A stretch of DNA of 19,513 nucleotides from an uncultured Nitrososphaerota archaeon (GTDB lineage Archaea > Korarchaeota > Korarchaeia > Korarchaeales > Korarchaeaceae). How positions within the stretch are numbered: position 1 is the first letter of the stretch; every line of letters begins with the position of its first letter. The notes below the pieces were generated by a model, which saw nothing but the letters and a program-made list of their open reading frames with translations, made no database searches and was not told the DNA's origin. The DNA is taken from NCBI GenBank assembly GCA_964594835.1, contig CAZQNA010000017.1:1-19513 (forward strand). Reading direction: 5' to 3'. Below are positions 16,143 through 19,513 of this stretch, one piece after another. The position numbers were made by a program, and so were the translations under genes.

Positions 16143-17150
16143 ATGGGCGCGGCGATAGAGGCGGATGGGCTGACCAAGAGGTTCGGCGACTTTACTGCCG
16201 TCGACCACGTCTCCTTCACGGTCGAGGAGGGCGAGATCTTCGGATTCTTGGGCCCAAACGGCGCCGGCAAGACCACCACCATCAACATGCTGATCACGCT
16301 GATGAGGCCCACCGAGGGCACCGCCAGGGTCGCCGAGCACGACGTCGTGGCGGAGCCGGACAGGGTCAGGGAGAGGATAAGCGTCGTCTTCCAGGACCCC
16401 ACGCTGGACAGGAGGCTGACCGGCTGGGAGAACCTGTGGATACACGGGAGGCTCTACGGCATCCCCAGGGACGAGCTGGCGGAGAGGATAGAGCGGGCGG
16501 CGAGGTTCACGGAGATCGAGAGGTGGCTCCACGTCACGGTGGACAGGTACAGCGGGGGCATGATGCGAAGGCTCGAGATAGCTAGGGCCCTGCTCTACGA
16601 GGCGGATGTGATCTTCCTGGATGAGCCCACCGTCGGCCTGGATCCGCAGACCAGGGCCAGGATCTGGGAGTACATCAGGGCCCTCAGGAGGGAGGGGCTG
16701 ACCATATTCCTCACCACGCACTACATGGACGAGGCGGAGAGGCTGTGCGACCGCGTGGCCATCATAGACCACGGGAAGATCGTGGCCATGGGCACCGTCG
16801 ATGAGCTCAAGTCCATCGTCGGCGGAGAGGTGGTGTACGTCGCGGTCGACCCTCCCGGGGAGGCGGAGAGGCTGGCCGAGGCCATTCAGCGAGAGGGGCT
16901 GGGTTCCGAGGTGAGGGCCCTGAACGGCACCGTCTCCATATCCACCGAGAACGCCGCGCAGGCCATCCCGGCGGTGGTCTCGCTCGCCTCCTTCCTGGGC
17001 GTCGGGGTCAGGGAGGTGAGGTACAGGACCCCCGACCTGGAGGACGTGTTCCTCCTCGTCACGGGCAGGAGCCTGAGGGACGAGGAGGCCAGCTTCTTCG
17101 ACCACGTGCGCATGAGGCGGATGGCCAGGATGAGGAGGGCCGGGAGGTGA
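16143..17150 (+). CDS. ABC exporter ATP-binding subunit (DrrA-like)
   Basis: GPNGAGKTT, YSGGM, IFLDEPTVGLDP and TTHYM motifs. Confidence 0.95.
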   Translation: MGAAIEADGLTKRFGDFTAVDHVSFTVEEGEIFGFLGPNGAGKTTTINMLITLMRPTEGTARVAEHDVVAEPDRVRERISVVFQDPTLDRRLTGWENLWIHGRLYGIPRDELAERIERAARFTEIERWLHVTVDRYSGGMMRRLEIARALLYEADVIFLDEPTVGLDPQTRARIWEYIRALRREGLTIFLTTHYMDEAERLCDRVAIIDHGKIVAMGTVDELKSIVGGEVVYVAVDPPGEAERLAEAIQREGLGSEVRALNGTVSISTENAAQAIPAVVSLASFLGVGVREVRYRTPDLEDVFLLVTGRSLRDEEASFFDHVRMRRMARMRRAGR

Positions 17151-17155
17151 CGTGA

Positions 17156-17941
17156 ATGGCGACCGCAGAGGCGTACTTCAGGACGATCTCCACCATGTGG
17201 TACAGGCAGATCAGGAGGTTCCTGAGGGCCAAGTCCCGCGTGGTGGGCACCGCGGTCCAGCCGGTGATGTGGCTGGTGTTCTTCGGCATGGGGCTCGGAG
17301 GGGCCATGAGGCTCGCCGCCGCCAGGCCGGGCTCGGCCTCGCTGGACTACCTGTCCTTCATGGCGCCCGGCGTGATCATGATGAGCGTCTTCATGACCTC
17401 CTTCATGTCCGGGATATCGGTGATCTGGGACAGGGAGTTCGGCTTCCTAAAGGAAGTGCTGGTGGCCCCGGTCCCCAGGTCCGCCTCGATCCTGGGCAGG
17501 GCCCTCGGAGACACCACGACGGCCGTGATACAGGGGCTCATAATCCTGGTCATGACCTCCCTGCTCGCCCCGCAGGTGAGCCTCTCTGGCATACCGCTGG
17601 CCGTGGCGTTCATGCTGATGGTCTCCCTGACCTTCACCTCCATGGGCATAGTGCTGGGCTCGAGGATGAGGAGCATGGAGGGCTTCCAGCTCATCAACAC
17701 GTTCCTGTCGATGCCCCTCCTCTTCCTGAGCGGGGCCTTCTACCCGCTGAGGACGATGCCCGACTGGATGCGCTACCTCGCCTACGTGGATCCCCTGACC
17801 TACGGCGTCGACGGGTGCAGGGCAGCGCTGATAGGGATGGGGGAGCTGGGCCTCTGGACCGACCTGGCCCTGCTGGCGGTGCTATCCCTCGCGTTCACGG
17901 CCGTCTCGATAGTGGTGTTCAGGAGGACTACCATAGACTGA
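17156..17941 (+). CDS. ABC-2 type permease (DrrB-like)
   Basis: DYLSFMAPG, WDREFGFLKEVLVAP, FLSGAFYP and DPLTYGVD, about six TM helices. Confidence 0.95.
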   Translation: MATAEAYFRTISTMWYRQIRRFLRAKSRVVGTAVQPVMWLVFFGMGLGGAMRLAAARPGSASLDYLSFMAPGVIMMSVFMTSFMSGISVIWDREFGFLKEVLVAPVPRSASILGRALGDTTTAVIQGLIILVMTSLLAPQVSLSGIPLAVAFMLMVSLTFTSMGIVLGSRMRSMEGFQLINTFLSMPLLFLSGAFYPLRTMPDWMRYLAYVDPLTYGVDGCRAALIGMGELGLWTDLALLAVLSLAFTAVSIVVFRRTTID

Positions 17942-18026
17942 TCTTCGGCGGCGTGGAAACTCTGAGCTGGAGAGTTCACTCAGCTACAGCCTTCAGCGCC
18001 CGATACCCTCGCCAGAGAGCTTGAGT

Positions 18027-18623
18027 TTAGAGTGGCTTCTTCAGCTCGAAGGGCTTCCAGCCCAGCTTCTTTCTGAACTCGTTGATCAGCTCTATCGCCT
18101 TCAGCTTCTCATCCCTGCTCATCCTCTTCGACCTGAGCACGGCCAGGAATAGCACTCTCGTCCTGGCGTTGATCGTCCTCCTGGAGATGCCGTGCTCCAG
18201 GTCCTCCTCCAGCTCCCTCAGTATACCCGCGACCTCCCCCGCGCTGTCCAGCCCGGGCTTCCCGATGTCCTGGACCTCCCTGCCCAGGTAGAGGTGTCCC
18301 TTCTCCACCACGACGAACTTTCCACCCTCGTAGGTTATCCTGCCCTTAACGACGCGGTCGTAGAACCTCCAGTTGTCCGCCCACTGCGGGTCCCTCCTCT
18401 CCAGCTCCTCCAGGACCATTGACCTGATCTCCCTGGTGGTCGTCCCGTCGGTTACCCTCGACGCGACCTCCTCCGCGATCTCCCTGGCGGCCTCGGGCGT
18501 CGCTCCCGCCGCGACGCAGGACCGCTCGATCTTGGACGGGTCGAAGTCCTCCAGGGACCCGTCCATCTTCACGACCCTGATCTTCCTCTCCTCCCGCTCC
18601 TCCCGATCAGTCACTCCCACCAT
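18027..18623 (-). CDS. ATP-cone domain protein with an unknown C-terminal domain
   Basis: VVKMDGSLEDFDPSKIERS...TTTREIRSMVLEEL ATP-cone signature. Confidence 0.85.
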   Translation of the reverse strand: MVGVTDREEREERKIRVVKMDGSLEDFDPSKIERSCVAAGATPEAAREIAEEVASRVTDGTTTREIRSMVLEELERRDPQWADNWRFYDRVVKGRITYEGGKFVVVEKGHLYLGREVQDIGKPGLDSAGEVAGILRELEEDLEHGISRRTINARTRVLFLAVLRSKRMSRDEKLKAIELINEFRKKLGWKPFELKKPL

Positions 18624-18681
18624 CCTCCCTCCTCTCGGATCGACCTCTCAGGGGGGCCAGAGGGGAAAAAGTATCCGGCGA

Positions 18682-19068
18682 TCAGCGAGAGCTGGCCCTC
18701 AGGTACTCCCGCCAGTCCAGCTGGATCAGGGCCACCCTGTTCCCGTCTGGGTCCTCGACGACGGCGACCCTGGCCCCCCACCTGACGTCCTTGGGCCCCT
18801 CCACCACCTTCACACCCTCTCGGGCCAGCCCCTCGCACAGGGAATCCACGTCGTCGACTAGGAACTCGAGCCTCGGCTCCCCCTCCCTCGGGGGCTCCAG
18901 CCCACCCCAGGTCTTCAGGCCAACCTCCAGCCCGCAGCAGTCGAAGCCAGCGTAGTCCCCGAACCGATACTTGAGCTGGAGTCCGAGGAGGCGACCGTAG
19001 AAGTCCACGGCCCGGTCCAGGTCCGAGACAGTCAGCGTGACACCCCACAACCTCCCGACGCCGGCCAT
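18682..19068 (-). CDS. VOC/glyoxalase/bleomycin-resistance family protein
   Basis: VTLTVSDLDRAVDFYGRLLG, LEFLVDDVD and WGARVAVVEDPDGNRV. Confidence 0.9.
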   Translation of the reverse strand: MAGVGRLWGVTLTVSDLDRAVDFYGRLLGLQLKYRFGDYAGFDCCGLEVGLKTWGGLEPPREGEPRLEFLVDDVDSLCEGLAREGVKVVEGPKDVRWGARVAVVEDPDGNRVALIQLDWREYLRASSR

Positions 19069-19119
19069 AGTTGGGCGCCGCGGGGGCAAGGTATTATGGG
19101 ACCCGGTCCCCGCGGCTCG

Positions 19120-19479
19120 ATGAAGCGACCCTCCGCGGGCGACGCCCTCGCGGCAGCCGTGCTCGCGGCGGCCCTCGTTGGGTACGCCTCCACGCTGAGG
19201 CTGACCGCCGATGGGATCCTCAGGGTTCCCCTCGCCGCCTCCAATCCCCCTCTGGCTTGGGCCCTGGCCGCGGCCTCCGCGGCCCTCCTCCCCCGGGTGA
19301 TGGGGTGGCTCGAGCCGAGCGCCGTGCCCGACCTCCCAGCGGAGGAGGTTCGGCGGGACCTCTGGTACCTGCCGCCCATGCAGGCTGGTGGAGTGGGCCT
19401 CCGTCGCGCACTACAACTACGACGTCCTGCTGAAGGAGCTGAAGAGGTACGGGGAGGCGCGCGTGTGAAACCAGTTTGA
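19120..19479 (+). CDS. Hypothetical membrane protein (3' end possibly frameshifted)
   Basis: Two hydrophobic segments. TATTAT box about 25 nt upstream of ATG 19120. Confidence 0.5.
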   Translation: MKRPSAGDALAAAVLAAALVGYASTLRLTADGILRVPLAASNPPLAWALAAASAALLPRVMGWLEPSAVPDLPAEEVRRDLWYLPPMQAGGVGLRRALQLRRPAEGAEEVRGGARVKPV

Positions 19480-19492
19480 AACTAGTTTCAAA
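19475..19492. promoter_or_regulatory. Perfect 18-bp palindrome, candidate operator
   Basis: TTTGAAACTAGTTTCAAA, overlapped by a similar upstream unit GAAACCAGTTT (19467-19477). Confidence 0.5.
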
Positions 19493-19513
19493 TACATGAT
19501 TTCTATGGTGTTT

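Noticed and set aside
15391-18024. Long alternative ORFs (15391-16080, 15935-16585, 16077-17105, 17152-18024) and similar ones elsewhere
   Set aside because: Shadow frames of motif-bearing genes, caused by stop-codon scarcity at high GC.
7140-19513. attR duplication of the tRNA 3' end
   Set aside because: Only 9-10 nt matches were noticed (near 11188 and 19010), which is expected by chance in GC-rich DNA. No integrase is visible.
1-19513. CRISPR array, rRNA, or reverse-transcriptase-based system
   Set aside because: No regularly spaced repeats, rRNA-like segments or RT motifs were seen.

Overview
GC-rich archaeal DNA, judged from AGG/ATA codon use, TATA-like promoters and a tRNA with a bulge-helix-bulge intron; probably a thermophile. 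Left part (1-6950): the 3' part of an SPPY-type DNA methyltransferase with a PD-(D/E)XK endonuclease (restriction-modification pair), a DUF6293/HFX_2341-like wHTH regulator, a YdjM-like membrane hydrolase, a secreted transglutaminase-like protein and a low-GC membrane protein. Centre: tRNA-Ala(GGC) with a 53-nt intron at the non-canonical 22/23 position. Downstream of the tRNA lies a ~9-kb accessory module (7240-16070). It holds a nuclease with repeated AbrB-like hairpins and a 2.86-kb segment bounded by homologous inverted repeats. That segment contains an unannotated 53-aa two-helix membrane protein, a very basic 95-aa protein, two wHTH proteins, a hicB pseudogene and a membrane-anchored wHTH protein. 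A HerA/VirB4-like ATPase and two toxin-antitoxin pairs follow. No integrase or att repeat is visible. The right end (16143-19513) looks like ordinary chromosome: ABC exporter, ATP-cone protein, glyoxalase-family protein and a membrane protein. All family calls come from recognising motifs by eye, not from database searches.
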